From a virus (lineage: Duplodnaviria; Caudoviricetes), in IMG/VR virus record IMGVR_UViG_3300036546_000131, positions 1-35,374 of that record: DNA of 35,374 nucleotides. The stretch is one strand, 5' to 3'. The translations under genes and the position numbers were made by a program. Positions 27,239 through 35,139 of this stretch are shown one piece after another; position 1 is the stretch's first letter; each line of letters opens with the position of its first letter. The notes beneath the pieces are model-generated. The model ran no database searches. It was not told where the DNA came from and was given only the letters and a program-made list of their open reading frames with translations.

Positions 27239-27514
27239 TTATTGTTCAAAAAGATTTGGTGTTATATTGTCTTGAATATATTGTGGCTCTCTGTTCCAAT
27301 ATGCAATTGCATCATTTTGTGTTTTTGTCTTACTTCCTTGTGCAAAACAATTTTGACATTCAACATACCAATTTTTTATTGTTCCACTTTTATCACTTGA
27401 TAGATTTGCAATTATTGCTATTTTTTCACTATTACAAAACACACAATTGTCAAGTTTTAATTTTGTACTTGTTTTAATTTCGCCATTTGTTAGCTTTAAT
27501 ACTTCATTTAACAT
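27239..27514 (-). CDS. Lar-family restriction alleviation-like zinc protein
   Basis: L..C.FC....W.V.C..C.A.G......AI..WNR. The start was moved to MLNEV (27514) because the longer ORF overlaps the upstream gene. Confidence 0.75.
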   Translation of the reverse strand: MLNEVLKLTNGEIKTSTKLKLDNCVFCNSEKIAIIANLSSDKSGTIKNWYVECQNCFAQGSKTKTQNDAIAYWNREPQYIQDNITPNLFEQ

Positions 27515-27515
27515 C

Positions 27516-27749
27516 TTACACCTCTTTTTGTGTTGGATTTTTAATAACTGTATATTGATAATCTTTACCTGTTCCAAATGGTGTTTTAACATCAATATAT
27601 TGTGTTTCAAACTCCCAACCATCATTTTTAAGCATAGCGATTATTGCACCAAGTCGTGATATATAATTTCTTAAACACTCATTTCTTGTTATTGCACCGT
27701 TTTCATTTAGTCTATTTTCAACCCATTGTTTTTGTGTCATATTTAACAT
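27516..27749 (-). CDS. Winged helix-turn-helix protein
   Basis: G.IT..E......ISRL.A.I..L...G..F.T pattern. Confidence 0.7.
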   Translation of the reverse strand: MLNMTQKQWVENRLNENGAITRNECLRNYISRLGAIIAMLKNDGWEFETQYIDVKTPFGTGKDYQYTVIKNPTQKEV

Positions 27750-27898
27750 TTTCTTGCCCCTCTTATAATTTTTATACTAAATCCTGCATCAACATAAACT
27801 TCAAATGTTCTTTTGAAGTCTTGCACCGTGTAACTATCTGCATTAACTGTTTTACTTAATCCTGTTTTTGGATTTGTAATTTTTAAATCTACACTCAT
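27743..27898 (-). CDS. Small hypothetical protein (51 aa)
   Basis: Manual translation MSVDLKITNPKTGLSK...IIRGARKC*; overlaps both neighbours. Confidence 0.5.
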   Translation of the reverse strand: MSVDLKITNPKTGLSKTVNADSYTVQDFKRTFEVYVDAGFSIKIIRGARKC

Positions 27899-28491
27899 TT
27901 TATTTGCTCCTTGTTTATTTTTTTAACTGTTCCATTCATTAGTTCAAGCACTTTTGGTGCAATGTAGCTTTTATCATCTTCTTTCTTTGGTGCTTCAATT
28001 TGTTTTGTATCATCATAGTATGGTATTCTTTTTACATCACCAATCCTGTGTTGATTTTCAAATAAAAATTTATAAACCTTTTCTTTTTCAACACTTGTTA
28101 ATTTATAAAAATTCCCATTTGGTGCATAATATGTATTTAATAAGTTGCAATCCCTATCCATTGCAATCACAACAAATTCTTTGTATGCTCCAAGTCCATA
28201 TCCAATTTCTTTTCCTTTAAAGTGTGCTTCAACATACTCTTGCACCTGCTCAACTGTTTCAAATACATTTTCACCTGCTCTTAATCTGTGTTGTACTTTT
28301 ATCTTTTGATATTCATATAGTGCCTCTTTTGTAATTAATTCTTTGCTTTTGTATTGGTCAATAAATCTCATACGAAATACCAAAAAATCTTTTAACTTAT
28401 CGTTTGGTATATCTGCAATAAGTTCACTCACAAGTAATGCTTGTATCTCATTTATCTCTAATCCTTGCATTAAAAATTGTACTCTATTCAT
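27895..28491 (-). CDS. Hypothetical protein, possible replication accessory protein
   Basis: Coupled (ATGA) to the initiator-like gene; function inferred from position only. Confidence 0.5.
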   Translation of the reverse strand: MNRVQFLMQGLEINEIQALLVSELIADIPNDKLKDFLVFRMRFIDQYKSKELITKEALYEYQKIKVQHRLRAGENVFETVEQVQEYVEAHFKGKEIGYGLGAYKEFVVIAMDRDCNLLNTYYAPNGNFYKLTSVEKEKVYKFLFENQHRIGDVKRIPYYDDTKQIEAPKKEDDKSYIAPKVLELMNGTVKKINKEQIK

Positions 28492-28949
28492 TTTAATAAC
28501 TCCTGTGTGTGCTGTGGCTTAAATCCAAACTGTGCCAAATCTGCATTTGTTGCTTGTTGTGGCATTTTTTTTCTTATCCACTCAATATTTAATGTTTGCC
28601 ATTCGTGCTGTTTCATTATTTCAATTGCACTTCTTGCATCAAGCCCTGCATTTGATATTTTAATAAGTTCTTGTGCATATGCTTTAAGTGGTCTTGCTGT
28701 TTTTAATGGCTTTTTAATTTCATTTCTATATTTAACAAAATCTGCAAGTGTATCAATACCAATAACAGTTCCAATACACATTTGTGCAAAATCCTGCATT
28801 GTTTTAATGCCAAACTTTTTTTCAAGCATTTTATGGTCTGCATCAATTTTTGCATCTTGTGTTGCACCTGCTCCAAATAAATATTCATAAAGTTTTGCAA
28901 TTTCTGCATCACTCATTTTATTAACCGTTTCTATAATTTTATTTTTCAT
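28488..28949 (-). CDS. Protein resembling a phage replication initiator C-terminal domain
   Basis: F..YR.EIKKPL.T......I......WQ.L pattern. Confidence 0.5.
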   Translation of the reverse strand: MKNKIIETVNKMSDAEIAKLYEYLFGAGATQDAKIDADHKMLEKKFGIKTMQDFAQMCIGTVIGIDTLADFVKYRNEIKKPLKTARPLKAYAQELIKISNAGLDARSAIEIMKQHEWQTLNIEWIRKKMPQQATNADLAQFGFKPQHTQELLK

Positions 28950-28952
28950 TTT

Positions 28953-30329
28953 TTATACTCCCATATCCCCAAATTGGTGCATTACATATGCAGGCACTTC
29001 TAAAGTTGTTATTGGTTGAAACTTTAAATTTTGATAATCAAAACTTGCTTCAAGAAAAATATTGTTTTCAACACAATATTTATATTTTCTAAATCCTGCT
29101 TTTAGCACTTTTTTTGCCTCATCTTTTGTTGTTGCACCCCACTCAAAAAAACCTGCACCGCTAAACTCTTTTTTTCCTGCACAATTAAAATAAAATGCTT
29201 TTGGATTTATTCCATTTTGTCTTAATACTTCAAGATAAAATTGCTCTTGCATATGCCAATAAAATGCACCGCCTTGTTTGACAAACATTGCAGGTGTTGC
29301 AACTTCTAATGTTTTTAAATCAATCACAAACCACACATCGTGTTTTGCTCCGAGATTAATTAAAATATCTGGTCGCACCTGCACATCTACACCATCAATT
29401 ACACCGTAAAAAGTTTTTTCAACATAACACTTGTCTAACTCTAATAATTGCTTCAATTGTGCCTTTAAAAGTGTTTTACCACCGTGTACAATCTCAAACC
29501 AACTATCAAGTGCTTTTTGTGCTGTTTCTTTTGCCAAATCATATTGTGCTTTAGTGCATACTGTTTTTTGCGTTGTTCCTTTTATTGCATCAATTTTTGC
29601 TTTTAACTGCTCAACTGTATCTGCAACAACTATTTCGCCTCTGCCATTCTCTTTTAAATCTACTTCACCACCAAGCTTTTCAAGTGCATCAACCAAATCA
29701 TCTTTAACAGGTCTTGATGGTAAATCAATTATTGTGTATTCATCATTAAATTTGTGTGGCTCCATAACCAATGTGTGATGTAATTTTCCAACAATAAGTG
29801 CATCTGTATCTTTTTGCTCAATCTCTTTTTTTATATATTTGCTTTCAAATTCTTTTGCATTGTCAATTAATACTTTTAATTTTGATACACTCATTCTGTT
29901 GCTTGCGTGATAATCTTCATTTGATATATCAATTCCAATTGTGTGTGTTTTTTCAATTGGTTGTCTTGTGTTTTCTTGCTCAACATCTTGTGTATGTATA
30001 TGTGTTTCAATTTCTTCTTTTTTATCTTCAACAACTTTTTCTTGTGTTTCTTTTTTAACACACTTTTCTTTTTGTGTTGTGTTTTTTGTGTTGTGTTTTT
30101 TGTGTTGTGTTTTTTGTGTTGTGTTTTTTTTCTGTGTTGTTTTTTGTGCATCAACTTTAACACTACCACCTTTAAACTCATTAACCGCCTGTGTTATCTT
30201 TTTTGATATTTCCTCATCTTGCTTGTACCTGTCAAGTGTTCTTTCGTGATAACCTAATGCAATAACAAATTCTTTGTATTTTGAATACCCAAGTGCTTTT
30301 GCCTCTTTTATAAATTGTGCTTTAGTCAT
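28953..30329 (-). CDS. RecE/ExoVIII-like PD-(D/E)XK exonuclease with N-terminal extension
   Basis: ISNEDYHA...S.S.LK, AL..G.L.H.LV.EP..F, E, RPD, DLKT and Y.H.Q..FY motifs. Confidence 0.85.
   Translation of the reverse strand: MTKAQFIKEAKALGYSKYKEFVIALGYHERTLDRYKQDEEISKKITQAVNEFKGGSVKVDAQKTTQKKNTTQKTQHKKHNTKNTTQKEKCVKKETQEKVVEDKKEEIETHIHTQDVEQENTRQPIEKTHTIGIDISNEDYHASNRMSVSKLKVLIDNAKEFESKYIKKEIEQKDTDALIVGKLHHTLVMEPHKFNDEYTIIDLPSRPVKDDLVDALEKLGGEVDLKENGRGEIVVADTVEQLKAKIDAIKGTTQKTVCTKAQYDLAKETAQKALDSWFEIVHGGKTLLKAQLKQLLELDKCYVEKTFYGVIDGVDVQVRPDILINLGAKHDVWFVIDLKTLEVATPAMFVKQGGAFYWHMQEQFYLEVLRQNGINPKAFYFNCAGKKEFSGAGFFEWGATTKDEAKKVLKAGFRKYKYCVENNIFLEASFDYQNLKFQPITTLEVPAYVMHQFGDMGV
30074..30129. 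repeat. Tandem repeat (GTGTTGTGTTTTTT)x4 inside the exonuclease gene
   Basis: Four perfect 14-mers plus a degenerate fifth unit extending to about 30148. Confidence 0.9.
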
Positions 30330-30520
30330 TATGCAACCTCAATTATATTTTCAATTTTGCAAACTGCTAGTTGATTGTATTCTTTATTTCCAATCATTCC
30401 TGCACTTGTTTTTTTATGTGTTAAATCTTCATTCATTACATAAAAAGTTGCTACATTTTCGCTGTGTTTCTTTTTTAATTTCAACAAGTTGTTTGTTTTC
30501 TTGTGTCTAAATAATTTCAT
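30329..30520 (-). CDS. Small basic hypothetical protein
   Basis: Start MKLFRHK follows a GAGGTG RBS and the promoter cassette. Confidence 0.6.
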   Translation of the reverse strand: MKLFRHKKTNNLLKLKKKHSENVATFYVMNEDLTHKKTSAGMIGNKEYNQLAVCKIENIIEVA

Positions 30521-30549
30521 TTCACACCTCTTTTTTGTGTTATATTGAA

Positions 30550-30578
30550 ATATTACCAAGTTTTTTTTATTTTGTCAA
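30550..30578 (-). promoter_or_regulatory. Sigma70 early promoter TTGACA-17-TAATAT
   Basis: Identical to the copy at 27130-27158; marks the late-to-early boundary. Confidence 0.8.
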
Positions 30579-30636
30579 GTGTTTTTTTTGATTTTATATA
30601 TTTTTTTGTAGATTTTTATTAAAAAGTTGTGTAAAT

Positions 30637-30656
30637 CCTGCACCAAGTGGTGCAGG
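30637..30656 (-). terminator. Stem-loop CCTGCACCAAGTGGTGCAGG ending the late/lysis operon
   Basis: Lies immediately after the endolysin stop codon. Confidence 0.7.
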
Positions 30657-30663
30657 TTGTGTG

Positions 30664-31230
30664 TTAATCTTGCTTGTAATCTTCAACAATTATTGCAAAA
30701 TCTGTAATTATAGAAACATATTTTATTGTTTCTTTACTGTGTTGCCCTGTGACCTTTTTTAAATGGCTTTTAATTTCCAACCAATGCTTTTTGCCACCAC
30801 TTAATTTTTGTGCTTTTATGATGTTTCCTGCTCCTGCATTGTATGATGCAAGTGCAAGTTGCATTCTGCTTGTGTCTGTTCTTTTCCAACTCCAAGTTTT
30901 AAAAAGCTTGTTCATATAATGCACTTGTGCATAAATGCTTTGTGTTGCATTTTCTCTATCAAAACCATCTTTAAACAAATCAAGATGTTTTAATTGTTTC
31001 TCAACCTCTTTTGCTGTGTATTCCATAAACTGTGCAACACCTTTTGCACCAACAGGTGAAACCGCAAGTGTGTTAAATCTGCTTTCTTGTGTTGCTTGTG
31101 CTATAAACCAATTTTCAATTGGCATTCCTGCCACCTCTTTGCTGTGTTCCCATAAAAGATTTACTGCATCTTGATATGTTGCATAATAATCTTTTATTCC
31201 AATTTTTATACTTTGTGTTGGTGTTTTCAT
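30664..31230 (-). CDS. Endolysin, SLT lytic transglycosylase
   Basis: QESRFN..AVSPVGAKG.AQFM, ALASYNAG.GN and ET..YV motifs. Confidence 0.92.
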   Translation of the reverse strand: MKTPTQSIKIGIKDYYATYQDAVNLLWEHSKEVAGMPIENWFIAQATQESRFNTLAVSPVGAKGVAQFMEYTAKEVEKQLKHLDLFKDGFDRENATQSIYAQVHYMNKLFKTWSWKRTDTSRMQLALASYNAGAGNIIKAQKLSGGKKHWLEIKSHLKKVTGQHSKETIKYVSIITDFAIIVEDYKQD

Positions 31231-31448
31231 TCTCTACAAACTCCTAATTTAATATTTAATTTGTATTGCTCAATCATCCATTTATCAACACTATCATCTT
31301 TTAAAGATTGTATTTTATTCAATACATCCTGTGTTGGCTTTGGATATGTAGGGCAAATGCTATTTTTTGCCCCACATCCTTGCATCATAAACATCATTAG
31401 CACAATACTCATCATCATCAATGTTTTTATACTCTTTAAGCTTTTCAT
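31227..31448 (-). CDS. Outer-membrane spanin (Rz1-like lipoprotein)
   Basis: Signal peptide with lipobox (MQGC), Pro-containing segment, and overlap with the upstream small membrane gene in another frame. Confidence 0.7.
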   Translation of the reverse strand: MKSLKSIKTLMMMSIVLMMFMMQGCGAKNSICPTYPKPTQDVLNKIQSLKDDSVDKWMIEQYKLNIKLGVCRE

Positions 31449-31557
31449 TTTCCGCCTTTAATTGTTCGTTTTCTTTTGATTTTTTACCAAATACATAAGC
31501 ACCAATTGGCACAAATAAACTTTTAATAAAATTCAAAACTGTTGTTACAATTTCCAT
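31360..31557 (-). CDS. Inner-membrane spanin (Rz-like)
   Basis: N-terminal hydrophobic segment plus a short coiled coil; overlapped spanin arrangement. Confidence 0.6.
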   Translation of the reverse strand: MEIVTTVLNFIKSLFVPIGAYVFGKKSKENEQLKAENEKLKEYKNIDDDEYCANDVYDARMWGKK

Positions 31558-31560
31558 TTT

Positions 31561-31911
31561 TTACACACCAAATTTTTGTGCAACTTTTCTTGCAATCATA
31601 TCATCAAGTTGTGTTCCATACTTTTCAACAATTTTTTTATCCACACCATTTATGTATTTTCTTGCAAAATCAAGCTTTTCATTTGATGCAACTTTTACTG
31701 TTTGTGCCTTTGCAAACTCTTTTCCTTTTTGCTCTGCAAAATTTATTGCATTGTCAATAATTCTTTCAACTCTCTCATTTTCAAAACCGTATTTTTCAAC
31801 ATCAATTTTTGTTTTAATAAGCTGTTTTACATAAGCACCTAAAATTGCCAAAATACCACTAACAAAAATTACCACAAACTGATAAATCAACTCTTGTGTT
31901 GTTGTTTCCAT
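31561..31911 (-). CDS. Holin (LL-H-like)
   Basis: One N-terminal TM segment, then A...AEQ....EK...A pattern; lysis cassette position. Confidence 0.65.
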   Translation of the reverse strand: METTTQELIYQFVVIFVSGILAILGAYVKQLIKTKIDVEKYGFENERVERIIDNAINFAEQKGKEFAKAQTVKVASNEKLDFARKYINGVDKKIVEKYGTQLDDMIARKVAQKFGV

Positions 31912-31917
31912 TTTTCC

Positions 31918-32280
31918 TTACCTCTCTTTTTCTAATTTGCTAAGTATTTTATCAATACCATTTTCAACTTTATCAAACTTTTCATCAATGTGTTTTTCCA
32001 TCTGTTTAAACATTTCTTTTGTAACAAACTCATTTCTTACTTGCTCCATTGTTGGTGCATTTCCAATAAATACTTTGTGTGTTGCAATTTCTTTGTTTAC
32101 TTCATCAAGTTTATCAAACATCTTGCCGTGCAAAATATCATCTTCTTTTTTGTGCCGTTCACTTTTTTCTTTTATCTCTTTTATATCAAGGCTGTGTTGG
32201 TCAGTTTTATTTCTCATTGTAATAAACATTGAAAAATATGTAAGCACACCAATAACCAAACTTATTTGCCAACTTTCCAT
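31918..32280 (-). CDS. Membrane-anchored coiled-coil protein (lysis region)
   Basis: N-terminal TM segment and C-terminal FVTKE.F......I..KFDK.E..ID. Confidence 0.55.
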   Translation of the reverse strand: MESWQISLVIGVLTYFSMFITMRNKTDQHSLDIKEIKEKSERHKKEDDILHGKMFDKLDEVNKEIATHKVFIGNAPTMEQVRNEFVTKEMFKQMEKHIDEKFDKVENGIDKILSKLEKER

Positions 32281-32281
32281 T

Positions 32282-32761
32282 TTACACCCTTTGCCCTTGT
32301 ACTTGTATTGTAAATGATGCTAAAGTTGATAAGTTGTCATTGATAACAAATTTAATACCTCTATCATCAACAAGTAATGCTTTACCAAATGCTTTTACAA
32401 TATCCCACTCACCTGCAAGTGTTCTATCTTCTTTCCCAAGTGCTTTTGGTGCTGTTAAAACAGGTATTTGGCTTGCAATATCTCTATTTGTGTTCCAAGT
32501 TGTTATTACTGTTCCGTTCATTACAACATCAACACCGTTTGCAAGTTCTAATAAATCTGCAAATTTTTCTGAACTAAAAGGATTTGCACCCTCTAAATAT
32601 CCAACCATTCTTGTTACACGCCATTTTTCACCTGCATTTGGCATTGCTACAAATTCAACAGGTGTAACGCTTCCATCAACTGCAAGATTTTTATTTGCAC
32701 CATTTGCAAGCTTTATACTTACACCTCTTTCAATATCAATTGATTGTTCATCCCCAAGCAT
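32282..32761 (-). CDS. Hypothetical beta-rich protein
   Basis: ORF in the late operon. Confidence 0.6.
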   Translation of the reverse strand: MLGDEQSIDIERGVSIKLANGANKNLAVDGSVTPVEFVAMPNAGEKWRVTRMVGYLEGANPFSSEKFADLLELANGVDVVMNGTVITTWNTNRDIASQIPVLTAPKALGKEDRTLAGEWDIVKAFGKALLVDDRGIKFVINDNLSTLASFTIQVQGQRV

Positions 32762-32764
32762 CTT

Positions 32765-33085
32765 TCACATTCCATATTTTATTTTATGATATATTTTTAC
32801 AGATTTTACCATTGTTTTTGTTATAAGTGATTTTTCAATTGCAAATAATGTTCTTTCAAAAAGTGCATCTGCAAGTTGATATTTTTCTCTATCGCATAAA
32901 TAATCGTGTATTATTATTGCAGGCAAAAACTTTGGCTTAAATGGTGGCACAAACCACCAAAAAGCACGCGGTACATCTGCACCATTTGTTTCATATCCTT
33001 TTGGCACTCTTACATTTTCAACTTGATAGTTTTCTAATAAAACATATTTATTGCTGATTGTTGGTTTCACTTTTGGATAATTCAT
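32765..33085 (-). CDS. DUF1353-family protein
   Basis: VP.GY.T.GA.VPR..W...P......A.IIHDYL...AD..F motif. Confidence 0.8.
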   Translation of the reverse strand: MNYPKVKPTISNKYVLLENYQVENVRVPKGYETNGADVPRAFWWFVPPFKPKFLPAIIIHDYLCDREKYQLADALFERTLFAIEKSLITKTMVKSVKIYHKIKYGM

Positions 33086-33092
33086 TTTTCAC

Positions 33093-33494
33093 CTACACAA
33101 AAAAACTGTTTCTTTTTTCTGCAAACCACGTTGCGAAATCATCAAACTCTGTTGCTTTAATTGGTAGCTCAACACCATTTGAAAACACAATTGTTGTTTG
33201 CTCAAATGCACTTTTCATAAAACCAAGTGTTACTTGCACAACACCATCCGCATCATCTTTCATAAATGGAATTTTATAATCTACACCATTTAATGTGTAA
33301 ATTTCACCATTTGTTTTTATATCTGCCTTTTCTTGCTCTGCCTCTTTTTTTGTTTTTAGTGCTGTTGCATCTTCAATTACACTATCTTCAACATTTTCTT
33401 TTGTATCAAAGTACACATATGTTGTACCTTTCATTACAATTTGCCTTTTTGTTACTTCCTCAATGCAAGTAATCAAGTTAATCTCATTTGCCAT
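33093..33494 (-). CDS. Putative tail fibre assembly/accessory protein (DUF4376-like)
   Basis: First gene after the DGR cassette, and so separated from the tail fibre only by avd-TR-RT; composition fits. Confidence 0.45.
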   Translation of the reverse strand: MANEINLITCIEEVTKRQIVMKGTTYVYFDTKENVEDSVIEDATALKTKKEAEQEKADIKTNGEIYTLNGVDYKIPFMKDDADGVVQVTLGFMKSAFEQTTIVFSNGVELPIKATEFDDFATWFAEKRNSFFV

Positions 33495-34480
33495 AATCTG
33501 AACTCCTTTTGTATGTATTTTTTAAGATTGTAACTATCTGCACTTTTTAAATGCCCAAGCCAAGATGCCAAAAACATTTTAAGCTTTTCTTGATTATTAT
33601 ACCTTTTATATCTTTTTATTTTCCTTTTTGCTCTAACCACGCTATCTTTTCTAATTAATTTATATTTTGGTGTTATTCTATATCCTAAAAAATTTAATGG
33701 TTTTGATATGCTCTCAATAAACCATTTGCTAAATTTTAATTTCATAAATAATCTTGCAAATATTTTTAATTTCTTTTGTATCAAAACTAATTCTTTTTTG
33801 CTGTTTGATATTATAACTGTATCATCCATATACCTAAAATAATGCTTTGCTTTTATTTTTGTTTTTATAAATCTATCAAATATATTTCCATAAATATTTG
33901 CAAAAAGTTGTGATAGTAAATTTCCAATTGGTATTCCTGCACCTGTGCATCCATCAAAATCTTTTAAAACTTTTAATACTTTTTTATCTGTGATTTTCTT
34001 CTCAACCTCTTTAAATAATATTTCTTTGTCTATTGAGTGAAAATATTTTGAAAAATCCATTTTTAGATAATAAACATTTCCTTGCTTTGCCAATCTTCTA
34101 ATTGTTGCTTGTACATCTTTTACACCATTATGCACACCTTTGTTTGGTCTGCAAGCATAACTTCCATAATAAAACAATTTTTCAAAAATTGGTTGCAATA
34201 TATTATTTAAACAATGTTGCACTACTCTATCACGAAAAGGCAATGCACTTATTAATCTTTCTTTTGGCTCATACACACTAAATGTGTGATAAGCACCTCT
34301 TTTGTAAGTTCCATTAATCAAACTTTGCTGTAATAAATGCAAATTTGCTTCAAGATTTTCTTTGAATTTTAGATGCGAAATTGTATATCTATTTCCGCCT
34401 CTTACTGCTTTGTTGTATGCCAATCTAATGTTGTTTATATCAACAACTTGTTCAAAAAGATGTTTATGTTTCTTTCCCAT
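33473..34480 (-). CDS. brt: DGR reverse transcriptase (Brt-like)
   Basis: PK.R.I.ALPFRDRVVQH, YACR..KG.H, YYLK.DFSKYF.SI, GIPIGNLLSQLFAN (DGR SQ signature), RYMDD and FLGYR motifs; the N-terminus MGKKHKHL resembles BPP-1 Brt. Confidence 0.96.
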   Translation of the reverse strand: MGKKHKHLFEQVVDINNIRLAYNKAVRGGNRYTISHLKFKENLEANLHLLQQSLINGTYKRGAYHTFSVYEPKERLISALPFRDRVVQHCLNNILQPIFEKLFYYGSYACRPNKGVHNGVKDVQATIRRLAKQGNVYYLKMDFSKYFHSIDKEILFKEVEKKITDKKVLKVLKDFDGCTGAGIPIGNLLSQLFANIYGNIFDRFIKTKIKAKHYFRYMDDTVIISNSKKELVLIQKKLKIFARLFMKLKFSKWFIESISKPLNFLGYRITPKYKLIRKDSVVRAKRKIKRYKRYNNQEKLKMFLASWLGHLKSADSYNLKKYIQKEFRLWQMRLT

Positions 34481-34777
34481 TTTTCGCTTTCTTTTTTGTG
34501 TTGTCTTATGCTTTCACCTTTTGGCTACTCCCATTTTTACAAACCCATTAATGTGTTCGCTTTCGCAGGACAAATAATCTGACCATATTAAAAAGTCGCA
34601 CCAATAAAGCCTTAACTATTATTGAGTGCAAAAACTATACTCACAGGCGAAACGACAACCAATGTTCCAATTCGTATTCCAAACATAATTGTTCCAATTC
34701 GAGGCACGCGACCCAGCATTCACACCATTGTCACGGTTACCGCCCAATATCACCGCTGTATTATTTGCCCTAAGTTT
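34481..34777 (-). ncRNA. DGR template RNA region (TR plus spacer between avd and RT)
   Basis: Non-coding gap holding TR and a 160-nt 3' spacer, as in the BPP-1 avd-TR-sp-brt layout. Confidence 0.75.
34641..34765 (-). repeat. DGR template repeat (TR)
   Basis: AAY-rich template (GGT AAC CGT GAC AAT GGT GTG AAT GCT GGG TCG CGT GCC TCG AAT TGG AAC AAT ...) that differs from both VRs only at adenines. Confidence 0.96.
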
Positions 34778-35113
34778 TTATTTATTCAACCAACTATGTA
34801 AAATTTTTCCTACTTCCGCAATTTTTATTGATGCCACTTGATGCTGATGTTGAGATATTAATTTTCTATTTCTATCCGCAAGAAATCTTAAATAATATCT
34901 TATTATTGCCAAATTTGCATCTGCTTCATATAATCTTGATTTTTGATTTGATTTTATAGCTTTATAAAATAACTCTATTTGCTCAAATATACTGTTGATT
35001 GTTTTCTCTTTTAATATCCCGTGTTTTCTTGCAATATTTTGCAACACGGGATAAACATAATTTACAAACTCATCATATTTTTCAATGATTATTAATTTAT
35101 CTGTTCCATTCAT
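34778..35113 (-). CDS. avd: DGR accessory variability determinant (bAvd family)
   Basis: LII.EKY....Y.YP..Q.I.RKHG...EQ.ELF..A.KSNQ.S.LY.ADA.LA..R..LRFLA...IAEVG.IL.SW, closely resembling BPP-1 Avd. Confidence 0.93.
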   Translation of the reverse strand: MNGTDKLIIIEKYDEFVNYVYPVLQNIARKHGILKEKTINSIFEQIELFYKAIKSNQKSRLYEADANLAIIRYYLRFLADRNRKLISQHQHQVASIKIAEVGKILHSWLNK

Positions 35114-35119
35114 TGTTTA

Positions 35120-35139
35120 AAGTTCGCTTTCGCTCACTT
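35120..35139 (-). promoter_or_regulatory. DGR post-VR1 hairpin AAGT-GA-GC-GAAA-GC-GA-ACTT
   Basis: Lies between the target 1 stop and the avd start, the position of the BPP-1 homing hairpin. Confidence 0.75.

Larger units (their letters stand above)
30541..30657. repeat. Direct repeat copy B: terminator + promoter cassette
   Basis: Matches 27121-27237 at an offset of 3420 bp. Confidence 0.95.

Noticed and set aside
27515-27625. 5' extension of the Lar-like ORF
   Set aside because: It overlaps the wHTH gene in another frame, and the GAGGTG RBS precedes ATG 27514.
30074-30148. CRISPR array
   Set aside because: The 14-bp units are contiguous with no spacers, and there are no cas genes.
29891-30181. 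96-aa K/H-rich ORF
   Set aside because: It is an out-of-frame read of the tandem repeat inside the exonuclease gene.
33473-34480. RT as a group II intron, retron or Abi RT
   Set aside because: It has the DGR SQ motif, an adjacent avd and adenine-specific TR/VR pairs, and no maturase/endonuclease extension.
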